Positions 1 through 9,567 of a DNA stretch of 25,479 nt are shown here, in pieces. The notes under the pieces are model-generated. The model saw only the letters and a list, made by a program, of their open reading frames with translations. It did not search any database and was not told the origin of the DNA. The DNA is taken from positions 1-25,479 of the IMG/VR virus record IMGVR_UViG_3300033498_000013, one strand, 5' to 3'. The DNA comes from a virus. Lineage: Duplodnaviria; Caudoviricetes. Made by a program: the position numbers and the translations under genes. Position 1 is the stretch's first letter. Every line of letters begins with the position of its first letter.

Positions 1-753
1 CCCCTTTCCAGTTGTCTTGCTGATTTTCATAGGCGGCTCAACATCAAGTTTTTCAAGTGCCGCAGCGAACTTTGGATTTGATGTGAGCGTAGTTTCTGGT
101 ACACCAGCAGATGCAATCAGCCATGTGCGTTCTTGCAATTCTTCAGCCAAAGCCTTCTCGGCTACTGCTTTGTTGACCGTAAGCACCGGTTGAATGAACA
201 TCCGCAGAGTCAGATCAATCAGATCAAGTTCCTTCTGCGGGAACACAGTCATCTGCTTTTGAAATACGTCATAACAACCATTTACATCTATGATGCAGCC
301 CTCTGCCAACTCAGCTTCAATGTCTGGAGGCAAGTCTTTTACGCCGCTAGTACGGTTAAGGTACGTCTTGCTCTTCTCACCGACTTGATACAGCTCCATA
401 ATCACAGCCAGCTTTGCACGACTAACTTCGTTGTGCAGTCCGCGTGTCATGCTGAGCGTGTCATAGTAATAAGCGGCTACATGCCCATACACCCACGCAA
501 GAATGGCTCCATCAAATGCTGTGTTATGAGCAAGTACCGCAGACTTTTTCCAGTCTATAGCTGCGAACGCTTTCGGGAGGTCTTTATGAGAGACCCAGAC
601 GGTCTTACTGTCGTTGATTTTGATACCGCAGCCGTGGGCTTTGAACTGCGGGGCACGGATATACCCGCTGGTGTTCCACTCTTTTCCTGAGAGCGTGTAA
701 CCTTTGCCCCAGTGCGTTTCAAAATCAATGACGACGAGGTCGAGTTCTTGCAT
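1..753 (-). CDS. DNA polymerase family A, N-terminal 3'-5' exonuclease region (runs off the window)
   Basis: Not in the ORF track because it is truncated. Manual translation from ATG at 753 (AAGGAG upstream) gives MQELDLVVIDFETHWG...VLAHNTAFDGAIL...YYYDTLSM..., with Exo I (DFET) and Exo II (HNxxFD) motifs; the frame is open to base 1. Confidence 0.85.
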   Translation of the reverse strand, partial: MQELDLVVIDFETHWGKGYTLSGKEWNTSGYIRAPQFKAHGCGIKINDSKTVWVSHKDLPKAFAAIDWKKSAVLAHNTAFDGAILAWVYGHVAAYYYDTLSMTRGLHNEVSRAKLAVIMELYQVGEKSKTYLNRTSGVKDLPPDIEAELAEGCIIDVNGCYDVFQKQMTVFPQKELDLIDLTLRMFIQPVLTVNKAVAEKALAEELQERTWLIASAGVPETTLTSNPKFAAALEKLDVEPPMKISKTTGKG

Positions 754-947
754 TCCAGCTCCTTGATTACGGCGAATGGATCAGTACACTGATGCAGCTC
801 GCCGTCTGTTTCAAACAAACGCCATCCTGCGGGAGTCATTTCCCACTCAAGATGCTCTGCTTTGCAGTACTTGCATGTTGTTTCATGGGACTCCTCCCAC
901 TCAGGATCAGCGTCATAGTCGCTATAACGATCAGCCATGTCTCCCAT
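555..947 (-). CDS. hypothetical protein with a putative Zn-binding N-terminal domain
   Basis: ATG with GAGG upstream; CKYC...HQC pattern; the last ~66 codons overlap the polymerase start in another frame. Confidence 0.55.
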   Translation of the reverse strand: MGDMADRYSDYDADPEWEESHETTCKYCKAEHLEWEMTPAGWRLFETDGELHQCTDPFAVIKELECKNSTSSSLILKRTGAKVTRSQEKSGTPAGISVPRSSKPTAAVSKSTTVRPSGSLIKTSRKRSQL

Positions 948-955
948 GATTTACC

Positions 956-1240
956 TCATTTGTAAATATCATCAGGCCATTCAGGTTTGCGCCATTTGCT
1001 TCGTGATAAGACTATAGGATCGTTTAATTCTATTTTTGTTTGTTCTAACTCATCATTGTCTAGTTCAATAACTCTGAAACAAAACCCTCCAGCTGTAGCT
1101 GTTTTCACTTCTACAGCGTTAGGGTTACCGAAACAATCTATTTCCCAAAATAGTTCTTTCTTATTCATCCCAAAAACTACGCCACAATAACCAGTAGGTT
1201 GTCCAATCTCATCAATGAATCTAAATTGGTACGCAAGCAT
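956..1240 (-). CDS. hypothetical protein (AT-rich)
   Basis: ATG at 1240 directly after the helicase stop, preceded by GGAGG; fills the gap in the operon. Confidence 0.65.
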   Translation of the reverse strand: MLAYQFRFIDEIGQPTGYCGVVFGMNKKELFWEIDCFGNPNAVEVKTATAGGFCFRVIELDNDELEQTKIELNDPIVLSRSKWRKPEWPDDIYK

Positions 1241-1241
1241 T

Positions 1242-2600
1242 TCAATCCTCCTGTAAATAATCAAGTAGTGTTGCTTGTCTCATACCCTTCTTCTGACAGC
1301 TCTCCCATACGCGTTCGTCGATAGTGTTCTTCGCAATAACCATAATGGTTTCTGTTTTTTCTTTCTGCGAGATTCGATAAATGCGTTTATACGCCTGCTG
1401 AAAATGCTCCAAGTTTGGCGTGGGTGACGCGAAGATCGTACTCGTTCCTTTTGTAAGTGTGAGACCATGACCAGCACTTTGTGGGTGCGCAAAGAGAACC
1501 TTGTACGCTCCTGCTTGATACGCCGTAACAATCCTCTCACGTTCGCCTTTTTTCGTGACATCCCCGTCAATAACCGCATAGCTCCATTTCTCCTTATCAG
1601 CAATTTTGAGCAGCTCATCACGCTGATGCTTCCAGTTGAAGAACACCACGCTATGCTTACGTGCTTCAATCAGATCGCTGATAAGCTCCGCTCTACCTGT
1701 ATCCAGAAGTGCGTAATCTTCATCATCGCCATACGTAGCTCCTGATGCGCACTGGAGGAGCTTTGAATACAATACCGCACCGTTGATCGCCGTGACAGTA
1801 GTCTTTTTGAGGATAAGCGAAGAATCCCGCTCAAGTTTGTCATAAAGTTTCCTATGGTAAGCGCCAAGTTCGTATGGAACTGCATACTGATGATTCGGTG
1901 GAATGTCTACACAATCCTCGAACCGATTGCGAATTACGTGAGGGGCAATGAGAGCTGACACGGTTGCTTCGATGCCTTCCTTGTCTTCCCAACGGACGGC
2001 GTGCGGGTTCGGCCCGACTTGGACGGCTTTGCAACAGGCTTCTCTGAACTTGTAGAAACTTTCGCCAAGCTTCTTTCCATCATCGACAATGTACATTTGA
2101 TGGTGAATATCGCAGATTCCGTTACTCGTAGGCGTTCCAGTAAGGAGCCTTCTTCGGTCAAAATACTTTCTAAGTTTTGCAACCGCTCTTGAACGTCCGC
2201 TTGTGCCGTGTTTAACCGATGTTGACTCGTCAATAATAAGCGTATCGAATCGCTTGAAGAAACTACTCGGTCGCTTAGAGAGCCATATAGCTGCATCAAT
2301 GTTCGTAACAAATGCGTCAGCTTTTTCTTCGAAAGCTTCTTCTCTGTTTTCGGCATATGCAAGACTCACTTTCATATCCGGTGCAAAAACCCCAAAGTCG
2401 TTTCCCCATGCGCACTGTATAAGTGACTTGGGGCACAGAATAAGGGCACACCCACCACCCTTACGGCGGTGAGTAGCAAAGTCTGTTATGTGTACTGGTG
2501 TTTTCCCTGTACCAGCATCAGACGTGTCGAAGACACGAGGGTTTTTGGCTAGAAACTTGACCGCATCAAGCTGATGTTTGAACAACTTTGGGATTGGCAT
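1242..2600 (-). CDS. SNF2-like superfamily 2 DNA helicase
   Basis: Q motif (FKHQ), Walker A DAGTGKT, Walker B IIDEST, motif III LTGTP, motif V SAGHGLTL, motif VI QAYKRIYRISQ; start at 2600 has GGAGGAG upstream. Confidence 0.92.
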   Translation of the reverse strand: MPIPKLFKHQLDAVKFLAKNPRVFDTSDAGTGKTPVHITDFATHRRKGGGCALILCPKSLIQCAWGNDFGVFAPDMKVSLAYAENREEAFEEKADAFVTNIDAAIWLSKRPSSFFKRFDTLIIDESTSVKHGTSGRSRAVAKLRKYFDRRRLLTGTPTSNGICDIHHQMYIVDDGKKLGESFYKFREACCKAVQVGPNPHAVRWEDKEGIEATVSALIAPHVIRNRFEDCVDIPPNHQYAVPYELGAYHRKLYDKLERDSSLILKKTTVTAINGAVLYSKLLQCASGATYGDDEDYALLDTGRAELISDLIEARKHSVVFFNWKHQRDELLKIADKEKWSYAVIDGDVTKKGERERIVTAYQAGAYKVLFAHPQSAGHGLTLTKGTSTIFASPTPNLEHFQQAYKRIYRISQKEKTETIMVIAKNTIDERVWESCQKKGMRQATLLDYLQED

Positions 2601-2701
2601 ATGTAACTCCTCCACCGTGGTTTATATGTTGACTGCGGATGAAGCACCCAATGTGTACTAAGCCATACCTTGGCTTGTTCGAGCTTCTCTTCATAAGTCA
2701 T
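2549..2701 (-). CDS. small hypothetical protein (50 aa, MTYEEKLEQAKVWLSTHWVLHP...)
   Basis: Manual translation; the ATG overlaps the nuclease stop (TGATG coupling) and fills the gap before the helicase. Confidence 0.45.
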   Translation of the reverse strand: MTYEEKLEQAKVWLSTHWVLHPQSTYKPRWRSYICQSQSCSNISLMRSSF

Positions 2702-3426
2702 CACTGCCCCTTTCTACGTACAGGTACATCGCCTTTGAATACGAACTCACAGACGCCATCCTTGTATGGACAATACTGACACGCATACTTGGATGGACTA
2801 GGCGGAAATTCCTTAGCCATAGTCATTTTCAAACCACGATTCGTAAATGGCTTAAGTTGATACAGCCACTTACTACCGGGTTTTGTTTCATGCGTCAGTT
2901 CGTTCTGATCCAGATACCAAAGCTCAACATCTACCGTTTCAATCTCTGGCATCTTGCACATGAGAGCAAGTGCATAAAGTTGGACTTGTTCTCCGTGTTT
3001 GATTTCATTTCCAAACTTACGTCCTGTTTTATAGTCGATGACAAGGACGTGTTTGGGGGACAGGAACACCACTGCGTCACACTTGACTCTGAGCCAGACG
3101 TCCTTGGCAAAGAAGTCTGTGACATTCCACTCCTTGGTAAAGCCCCACTCGCCTTCAAGTGAGACGAGTCCTTTAGTAAATTTTGTGGCAAGAGACTCGA
3201 ATTCATCCCTGAACTTCTCAGCTTCCGGAGGTAATGGATTAAGTCCTCGAACAAACCCCTCGCATAGCTCGTGTATCCGTGTACCACGGTCGTTGGCATG
3301 TTCTGTTTTCCCTTCAGGTAAAGGGCGCTCAGGCTCAGGTATCTTGTCAACAATCTTGAGCTTGGCGCGATATGCACACGTTTCAAAATCAGTGAGCCGT
3401 GAATAACTCCAGCTTTTAATAGTCAT
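2701..3426 (-). CDS. PD-(D/E)XK nuclease, Cas4/AddB-like exonuclease
   Basis: SYS..L..FETC, RGTRIHE, KCDAV...VIDYKTG, QVQLYA motifs, plus C-terminal CxxCPYxxxxC giving the 1+3 Cys Fe-S pattern. Confidence 0.88.
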   Translation of the reverse strand: MTIKSWSYSRLTDFETCAYRAKLKIVDKIPEPERPLPEGKTEHANDRGTRIHELCEGFVRGLNPLPPEAEKFRDEFESLATKFTKGLVSLEGEWGFTKEWNVTDFFAKDVWLRVKCDAVVFLSPKHVLVIDYKTGRKFGNEIKHGEQVQLYALALMCKMPEIETVDVELWYLDQNELTHETKPGSKWLYQLKPFTNRGLKMTMAKEFPPSPSKYACQYCPYKDGVCEFVFKGDVPVRRKGQ

Positions 3427-3619
3427 TGATAAGTCCCAATCCCTCTCCGATAGCATGTGCTATCTCAACTTCTTCCACGTCTTCATGCAAGCTCTTTATC
3501 ACAGTACTTACAGCCTCTCCATATTTGGCTATATAGTACTGTTCCGCAGAACGCTTCAAGCGAGCTGCATGTAGTCCTTTCTGAAAATCCGTAAATGGAA
3601 CCAACATCTCAGGTCTCAC
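3416..3619 (-). CDS. hypothetical protein
   Basis: 67-aa ORF coupled to both neighbours (ATGA overlap with the primase stop). Confidence 0.65.
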   Translation of the reverse strand: MRPEMLVPFTDFQKGLHAARLKRSAEQYYIAKYGEAVSTVIKSLHEDVEEVEIAHAIGEGLGLINDY

Positions 3620-6018
3620 TTTGCTCTCCTCAGTTTCAAAGGTTTCACGGCCTCTTCTACTGGTACTGTCACATCCTTGATGAAGCTATCACTTGCAGTC
3701 CAGTCTATACGCAATCCATATGTCATCAAGCCACGATCTCTGAATCGTTCTGTCCGAAGGCCATGATGCGCCAAGTACTGCGTGAGTTTGTTAGGAGATG
3801 TAGGAACATTACCCACGCAGTACTGGAACACCATGCCCAGTTCTTCACGACTCAAACGTGATTCTTTACGGTTCATATAGTCACTCAAGCATTTACGCAT
3901 CAGTGACGCAAACGCATTCGCGTATGTCGCCATTGGCGTAGTGCCGTACAGCTCGTTAATCATCTTCTCATCCGGCATGGCCTCCCACAAACCTTCCAGA
4001 TTTCCATCCAGAAGGTAGCGAGCTGTATGCTCTGCTGAGGTCATGCTCAATGCGATGATGTTGTCACGATCTGCATTCCTTAGCGGAACCCGTGATACTT
4101 CATCGTCTGCTACACGACTACGTAAATAGTCTGCAAATGCCTGTAATTCGCTAGGTATCTTCTCACGTACCTCTTCGTTCGTGACTACCAGCTTCACGTG
4201 CTGAAAGATGCCTACGTTAAAACGTCTGTCACTCTGCGAAATCCGAACAGGCTGTGATTTATTCGAGCTAAAGATCAGCCCGATATGATTCACAACCTCG
4301 TAACTATCCACACGCATACGACGTATGGGGATAGTGTTATCTACGATATAATTCTTGATCTTCGATTCAACTGCGCCACCATTCTCAAGACTGTTGATCT
4401 CAATCTCACGTACGTGAGCGATCAATGCGTGCTCCAACCAGCCCGTGAAATCTGAATTCAATTCTGTCTGGTTTCTGGTGGGCACCCACTGTTTCCCAAA
4501 CAACGGGGTAATGATGTTGTCCACCAGCATATCCTTGCCTGTGCCTTCTACTCCATGCAGCACCCATGCTGTCCCCGGCTTAACTCGCTTCTGAAAGCTC
4601 ACTGCCAGCCAGTTGTAGAAGTGCTCCAGTGTGTCGCCACTACCTACTGCGTGTTCGATAATCCTATTGATAGTAGGACACCCACCAAGATTTGGATATG
4701 CGTAATCTCTAGCCTTGCGCATGTACTCTGTAGGTGAAAACAAGTTCATCGTTGGATATGGCTTCGCATCCATATCAATGACCTTGGCACCGGGACTAGG
4801 GTCAAATATTCGGTCCCAAATTGGGATAAACGGTAAAGCCTGCTGCCCATGTGAAAGCAGGAAATGCTCAATCTGTGTCTCACTACGTGCCGGATCACAA
4901 TGCAATATTTCTGTTTCCGGATTCCATGTGCCATTCCAATATGTACTGGTACGACGGTCACGATAAGCGAGGATTGTTGTTGATCCCGCCATAGGCGGGG
5001 CTGAATTGATTACGTTTCGCTGCTTTACACACTCTTTATAGTAGTCAGGAAACGCATCCTTAGTGCGTATACACGGCTCGCCTTTAAAGTTGTGAATCAA
5101 CTCAAAATTGCTCTCTGGATGATAATACGACCAATTCGATCCGTTATTGATATTAAAGTATACAAACCCTCTATCCAGCTTCGGTCCACCAGTGATATTC
5201 ATTTCACCGGGTGAGTTCTGTACTTCGTACTCTCCGACAAGCGTAGTCTTAGCGTTAAGCGGCGGAAGCTGTAACAGCTTACGCTTCTCATTGAGAATTT
5301 CTTTCGCCATTTTTTTCAATGCTTCAGGAGCATGAAGAGCAATGTGATTCGTGTTGATCGTGTCTTGCTTACCGGGTACAAACTGCACCCGTGACTTGAT
5401 TGGATCAGCGATACCTATGAATGTCGGAGCGCCGAAGAACAACAACTTGTCGTTCTGGCATGTAGTGATATCCAGTGGGTAACTTAGCGCGATAGCGGTA
5501 TCACTAGGCTTCAAGCCTTCGCGTAATTCCTTCACGTTCAAATTCAAATAGATCAGCCAGTTCTTTAACTGCGGTGCAGGAAGTGGCTTATCGAGAAACG
5601 CGAACACATGACAGGACAAACCTGTCTTGTGCGGCAGACCGTGACTGGCACTGTACTGCACCACATGGGCTACATCGCCCATCTTAATGAGTTCCATGAA
5701 CTCCTGCGGTGTCTTAAACGGGGCATTATCCAGATCAAAACATATCCACTGTGTCTGATCCCCGTTGCTGGTAGTACCAGCCCTTGGCTGGTTCTTCAGC
5801 TCCTTGTTGATCTTGCCTTTAAGTAGACACTGCCCTGTATCAAGACGGGCAAACAACACCTTGGCAAGCTCGGATATGTGAGTGATGTTCTGTGTATCTG
5901 AGTTAAACTTGAACGCATTCGGATATGCGTTTGTTTCAATCCCCTTCGCGGTTTTGGTTATCGTTTTCGTGAGCGGTACAGACGGCACGGTGGCCGTCAA
6001 AAACGTGATCATTGGCAT
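3616..6018 (-). CDS. primase-polymerase/helicase (NrS-1-like, DUF5906-type SF3 helicase C-terminus)
   Basis: N-terminal FDLD and S.S...CHVF motifs of AEP/PrimPol type; C-terminal Walker A LHGVEGTGKD, FTGWL, motif C IFSSN and DRRF arginine finger. Confidence 0.85.
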   Translation of the reverse strand: MPMITFLTATVPSVPLTKTITKTAKGIETNAYPNAFKFNSDTQNITHISELAKVLFARLDTGQCLLKGKINKELKNQPRAGTTSNGDQTQWICFDLDNAPFKTPQEFMELIKMGDVAHVVQYSASHGLPHKTGLSCHVFAFLDKPLPAPQLKNWLIYLNLNVKELREGLKPSDTAIALSYPLDITTCQNDKLLFFGAPTFIGIADPIKSRVQFVPGKQDTINTNHIALHAPEALKKMAKEILNEKRKLLQLPPLNAKTTLVGEYEVQNSPGEMNITGGPKLDRGFVYFNINNGSNWSYYHPESNFELIHNFKGEPCIRTKDAFPDYYKECVKQRNVINSAPPMAGSTTILAYRDRRTSTYWNGTWNPETEILHCDPARSETQIEHFLLSHGQQALPFIPIWDRIFDPSPGAKVIDMDAKPYPTMNLFSPTEYMRKARDYAYPNLGGCPTINRIIEHAVGSGDTLEHFYNWLAVSFQKRVKPGTAWVLHGVEGTGKDMLVDNIITPLFGKQWVPTRNQTELNSDFTGWLEHALIAHVREIEINSLENGGAVESKIKNYIVDNTIPIRRMRVDSYEVVNHIGLIFSSNKSQPVRISQSDRRFNVGIFQHVKLVVTNEEVREKIPSELQAFADYLRSRVADDEVSRVPLRNADRDNIIALSMTSAEHTARYLLDGNLEGLWEAMPDEKMINELYGTTPMATYANAFASLMRKCLSDYMNRKESRLSREELGMVFQYCVGNVPTSPNKLTQYLAHHGLRTERFRDRGLMTYGLRIDWTASDSFIKDVTVPVEEAVKPLKLRRAK

Positions 6019-6114
6019 ATGATTACCTCGGGTTGAACGACCAGTCTAGCAAAATTTGATGGCCTCAATCATCAGGTTTACCTTATGGATGTGAAGTCCA
6101 AGATAAACAAATAC

Positions 6115-6354
6115 TTATTTGCTAGTTAACATACGCGGGAAGAAAAATCCCGCTAACAGCGCAGCTATGGTGGCGGCAAAGCCGCCTGCCATCGTCCCAC
6201 CGTGCAGCTTGAACACTACGAAAAACACAGTGACTTCAATAATGAAGCCAAATATCCGGCCTGCTATCAGCTTCGAAAACATGGATAGCAGGCCCAGAAA
6301 GATAATCAGTCCGTATACAACGGGCATGATGTCTATGTGGGCCAGTCCGAACAT
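6115..6354 (-). CDS. small membrane protein
   Basis: 79 aa with about three hydrophobic segments; GGAGG RBS. Confidence 0.75.
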   Translation of the reverse strand: MFGLAHIDIMPVVYGLIIFLGLLSMFSKLIAGRIFGFIIEVTVFFVVFKLHGGTMAGGFAATIAALLAGFFFPRMLTSK

Positions 6355-6363
6355 GATTCCTCC

Positions 6364-6576
6364 TTATGCCTTGGCGTTGGCGTTGATAAGTCCCTTGCCG
6401 AAGTTCAGCAGCTTGCTGCCAACCCAGCTTACGCTGTCTACGACAGCACCACCGCCAGTAGCCACGCCGTTATAAATAGCATTGCCCACGGCGTAGGCTG
6501 CATCCACTTCAGGAACCTCAGTAACCTGATCCAGAACCGGGGCGGTATAGAATTTTTTGGTTTTAGACGTTGCCAT
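6364..6576 (-). CDS. hypothetical protein
   Basis: AAGGAG RBS; tightly packed in the operon. Confidence 0.7.
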   Translation of the reverse strand: MATSKTKKFYTAPVLDQVTEVPEVDAAYAVGNAIYNGVATGGGAVVDSVSWVGSKLLNFGKGLINANAKA

Positions 6577-6742
6577 TTTTCATCTCCTTAACGATGGAAA
6601 GAACTGCATTGATGATCTCAGGGTACAGCTTCAACACGCCCAAAATTTCTTCGGGCGGAACTTCGATGTTGATCTCAGCATCACCAATCTCGATAGTGTC
6701 GACTTTCACTGCTGTGCACTTGATTACGAATTTACTCATCAT
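6563..6742 (-). CDS. small hypothetical protein (59 aa, MMSKFVIKCTAVKVDTIEIG...)
   Basis: Manual translation, just below the track cutoff; TAGGAG RBS; overlaps the start of the next gene. Confidence 0.65.
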   Translation of the reverse strand: MMSKFVIKCTAVKVDTIEIGDAEINIEVPPEEILGVLKLYPEIINAVLSIVKEMKNGNV

Positions 6743-6753
6743 CGTTCTCCTAA

Positions 6754-6772
6754 TAGCCCCTTACGGGGGCTA
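6754..6772 (-). other. GC-rich stem-loop
   Basis: TAGCCCC-5 nt loop-GGGGCTA immediately upstream of the RBS of the 59-aa gene. Confidence 0.5.
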
Positions 6773-6915
6773 GTCGTACTGCCCATGTGTGTGTGAGGGT
6801 AATTGACCGTACAAATCCTTTCCCAAGGGAACCGTTACGTACGCAGGTAATACAAGAGGCAGCTCGTAACGTCACGACGAACCCGCTGCCTCTTACCTGT
6901 ATTACTATGTCAGTC

Positions 6916-7164
6916 TCAATCTATAGCCGGGGCATACAGCTTCTGTATATCCCGAATATCTTCGTTCTCCTTGAACACTTGATCCTGACAATTCTGACAA
7001 ATACCGCTGATACGGTACTCCTTCTTCGACAACTCATCCCTGAACTTCAGGTTCGGTGTCGTACAGAATACGCACGCGTTACCACGTATCGTAGCCTTGC
7101 GATCAACACCGGTTACCTCAGTGATGAAATTATCAAGCATCTGTGACTTTTCAGTTGGTTCCAT
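6916..7164 (-). CDS. small putative Zn-finger protein
   Basis: CVFC...FRDELSKKEYRISGICQNCQD (two CxxC); the second ATG has proper spacing to AGGAG. Confidence 0.75.
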   Translation of the reverse strand: MEPTEKSQMLDNFITEVTGVDRKATIRGNACVFCTTPNLKFRDELSKKEYRISGICQNCQDQVFKENEDIRDIQKLYAPAID

Positions 7165-7173
7165 ACTCATCTC

Positions 7174-7299
7174 CTAAGTAAACATAATAGGTTCGACTAC
7201 AGCAGGCACAGGACGCTGCTCATAGCTAATTACGTAGCCACATACATAGCTAAGAGCCATGAGAGTCAGCACTGCTGCTATGGTGAGGAATAAACGCAT
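7174..7299 (-). CDS. small membrane peptide (41 aa, MRLFLTIAAVLTLMALSYVCGYVI...)
   Basis: Manual translation; TGATG coupling to the upstream gene; one hydrophobic helix. Confidence 0.55.
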   Translation of the reverse strand: MRLFLTIAAVLTLMALSYVCGYVISYEQRPVPAVVEPIMFT

Positions 7300-7496
7300 C
7301 ACCACTCTCCATTCTCATCAGACTGCTCAGCAGCACGCCACAGCGCATCAATCGATACGCTGTTGTTCTGCTCCGCAGCTACGTCTGAATCATCAAGCTC
7401 TCCCTCCGCAGCCATACACAGCAGCATAGGGTCCCCACCTTGCTCAGGTACAGAAGACTCGAAGTAGTCTTCGTTAAAGCGACGTGTCTTGAACAT
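7299..7496 (-). CDS. small acidic hypothetical protein
   Basis: TTAGGAG RBS; D/E-rich. Confidence 0.65.
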   Translation of the reverse strand: MFKTRRFNEDYFESSVPEQGGDPMLLCMAAEGELDDSDVAAEQNNSVSIDALWRAAEQSDENGEW

Positions 7497-7529
7497 GCTC
7501 ATCTCCTAAGTGACCAAGTAACCAAGAAA

Positions 7530-7561
7530 TGCCTGTGCTTAGGCAAGCCCAAGCACAGGCA
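7530..7561 (-). terminator. putative intrinsic terminator or processing hairpin
   Basis: TGCCTGTGCTT...AAGCACAGGCA 11-bp perfect stem followed by TTTCTT on the minus strand, just after the stop at 7578. Confidence 0.55.
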
Positions 7562-7577
7562 ATGCACTATCTACTGC

Positions 7578-8729
7578 TTATGCAACACGCCCGAACGGGC
7601 TGAAGCCTACAGCCCCATTACCACGCGATGCGATGCTACGCGGAGCAATGGACGTGAACTTCACGCCTTCCAAGGCCGGAGCCTGCTCAGCCTGTACAAC
7701 AGCCTTCTCAACCGGTGTAGCCGTACCAGCCTTGAGTGCGTTGAACCTAGCCAGCTTCGCAGTACGCTCAGCCAGCTTGGCAGCAGCTTCCTCTTCAGCT
7801 TGGAGGTATTCCTCCATCTCAAGAGAATCCATAAAGCGTTCTGCGAACGCCATACGGTCTGTCGAGTAGGCTATCCAGATAGCCTGATCCGCTGAACCAG
7901 ACTTGCCTTGCTTGATAGCTTCCAGCCAAGCAGCAAACTTGCGATTTGCAATGTCACGAACGTACAGCTCAAGCCTCGTAGTAGGCTGCTCATCTACGAT
8001 GATCTCCTCTTCGAGGTGCTGAGAGAACTCAGCCTTAAGCTCATGGATTTCGCCGTGGGCATAGCCCGTGTCGTAATCCGGACGAGACATACGGAAATAC
8101 ATCTGTTTGGTAAACCACAACCCATCCCTATGCTGATTAGTCGCCATGCGATCCATGACAAACTCTTGGATAGAACGATAAGCACACGGAATGTGCGGCA
8201 CTGTCACGATCTTCGTCGTGCCATCACCCTGAACTTCCAGAGTGCGTTGGACTGTACCAGCCAACCAACGAGTCTCCGTCACACCCTTGATATTACTCAG
8301 GCTGTGCACGATAGACCTGCACACCTGTGCACGTGCTTCGATTTCCTCGAAGCTGCGCACATCGTGATGCAGCCGCTCTTGGCCGTTATCAGCTTCCGGG
8401 TCTTCGGACATGTCCTCATCCCAAGGCTGGAACGCCACCTTCGGGGCGTTAGCATTCACCGTCTCAACAGAAGGCGTGTCATCACGCCATGCACAAGCGA
8501 TCAAGGCGTTGTACTGCCCCGTAAGGGCCTTGTTCGCCAAGCTCGCCATGCAGCCAAGCAGCGGCATGAATTCCGCTGTGGACTGAACAACTTGAAGAGG
8601 CTGCGTGACCTGCTCCACCAACCCGTACGTCAGCACCGCCTTGTACTCCTCGGCGTGCGCTTCCTGAGTTGCAAGAAGCTTCTGGTTGGATTGCACAGCG
8701 GCCAGACGATTAAAGTTACGTGATGTCAT
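7578..8729 (-). CDS. hypothetical early protein (383 aa)
   Basis: Long ORF with GAGGAG RBS before ATG 8729; no family recognised. Confidence 0.8.
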   Translation of the reverse strand: MTSRNFNRLAAVQSNQKLLATQEAHAEEYKAVLTYGLVEQVTQPLQVVQSTAEFMPLLGCMASLANKALTGQYNALIACAWRDDTPSVETVNANAPKVAFQPWDEDMSEDPEADNGQERLHHDVRSFEEIEARAQVCRSIVHSLSNIKGVTETRWLAGTVQRTLEVQGDGTTKIVTVPHIPCAYRSIQEFVMDRMATNQHRDGLWFTKQMYFRMSRPDYDTGYAHGEIHELKAEFSQHLEEEIIVDEQPTTRLELYVRDIANRKFAAWLEAIKQGKSGSADQAIWIAYSTDRMAFAERFMDSLEMEEYLQAEEEAAAKLAERTAKLARFNALKAGTATPVEKAVVQAEQAPALEGVKFTSIAPRSIASRGNGAVGFSPFGRVA

Positions 8730-8885
8730 GCTTGTTTCTCCTCGAAACAATTACTACGAAATGCTCGCTTTTAGATTTTGGTGGTCATCGAACATAGGAC
8801 CACAAACCACACTATGTGTGGCAACAGGACGCAAAGCATCCACTCATAGGTGCTGCCTAAACAACACCCATGATGAAAGCTCTAC

Positions 8886-9176
8886 TTAATCTTCTTCAAC
8901 CGCTTCGACCAAATCGAGATCGAGATGATCAAGCATAAAAGACCCGTTGATCTGCAAGACCAAGCGGTTATGCTTCTCACTAATAAGCCTCACGACAGCA
9001 CCCTCATAGAAGTGGCCGTCGTTCATCAGGATATTGAGCGAGTTCCCCGTTTCCCGACCTGCCTTGAGCATACCCAAGATATGATCAGTGTGAAACGTCT
9101 TCCTATGCGCGATATGCTGCATGGCGTTCTCGACAGCAAGAACTTGTTTAGGATCAATAGACACATTGAATTCCAT
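8886..9176 (-). CDS. hypothetical protein
   Basis: GAGGAG RBS; 96 aa. Confidence 0.7.
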   Translation of the reverse strand: MEFNVSIDPKQVLAVENAMQHIAHRKTFHTDHILGMLKAGRETGNSLNILMNDGHFYEGAVVRLISEKHNRLVLQINGSFMLDHLDLDLVEAVEED

Positions 9177-9191
9177 TTTTCATCTCCTCGA

Positions 9192-9494
9192 TTAGTTATA
9201 GAAGAACGGCACATCCAGCGTGCCATCATCCAACTGGGCGCGTACTTCCACGCCCTTCATGGTACGAGCTACGCTCATAACCATATCCTTCGTGCCGTGA
9301 AGCAACTCACGGCCACGGCTAAGGATCACATACACTTCAACCGCGTGCATCAACTGAGGCTTGCACCCCGACACATACGTCTCACCAATACGATGCAGGC
9401 ACTCATGCTCCGTAATCAAACCCATGTTGTACAACCGCGCAATGGCGGATGCAGCAGCGGCACGCTCAGCGTGTGATGTGTATACTTGTTTCAT
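9192..9494 (-). CDS. hypothetical protein
   Basis: TAGGAG RBS correctly spaced to the second ATG. Confidence 0.7.
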   Translation of the reverse strand: MKQVYTSHAERAAAASAIARLYNMGLITEHECLHRIGETYVSGCKPQLMHAVEVYVILSRGRELLHGTKDMVMSVARTMKGVEVRAQLDDGTLDVPFFYN

Positions 9495-9567
9495 GTTCAT
9501 CTCCTATATGTCATAGTACACCTACAAAAGCAGCTAGTTAGTTAGTACTCACTAACTGCACCAAACC

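Noticed and set aside
133-690. 185-aa plus-strand ORF
   Set aside because: Antisense to the polymerase gene, which carries the recognisable motifs.
2701-3426. Cas4-like nuclease as a sign of a CRISPR system
   Set aside because: No repeat-spacer array or other cas genes; stand-alone Cas4-like nucleases are common in phage replication modules.
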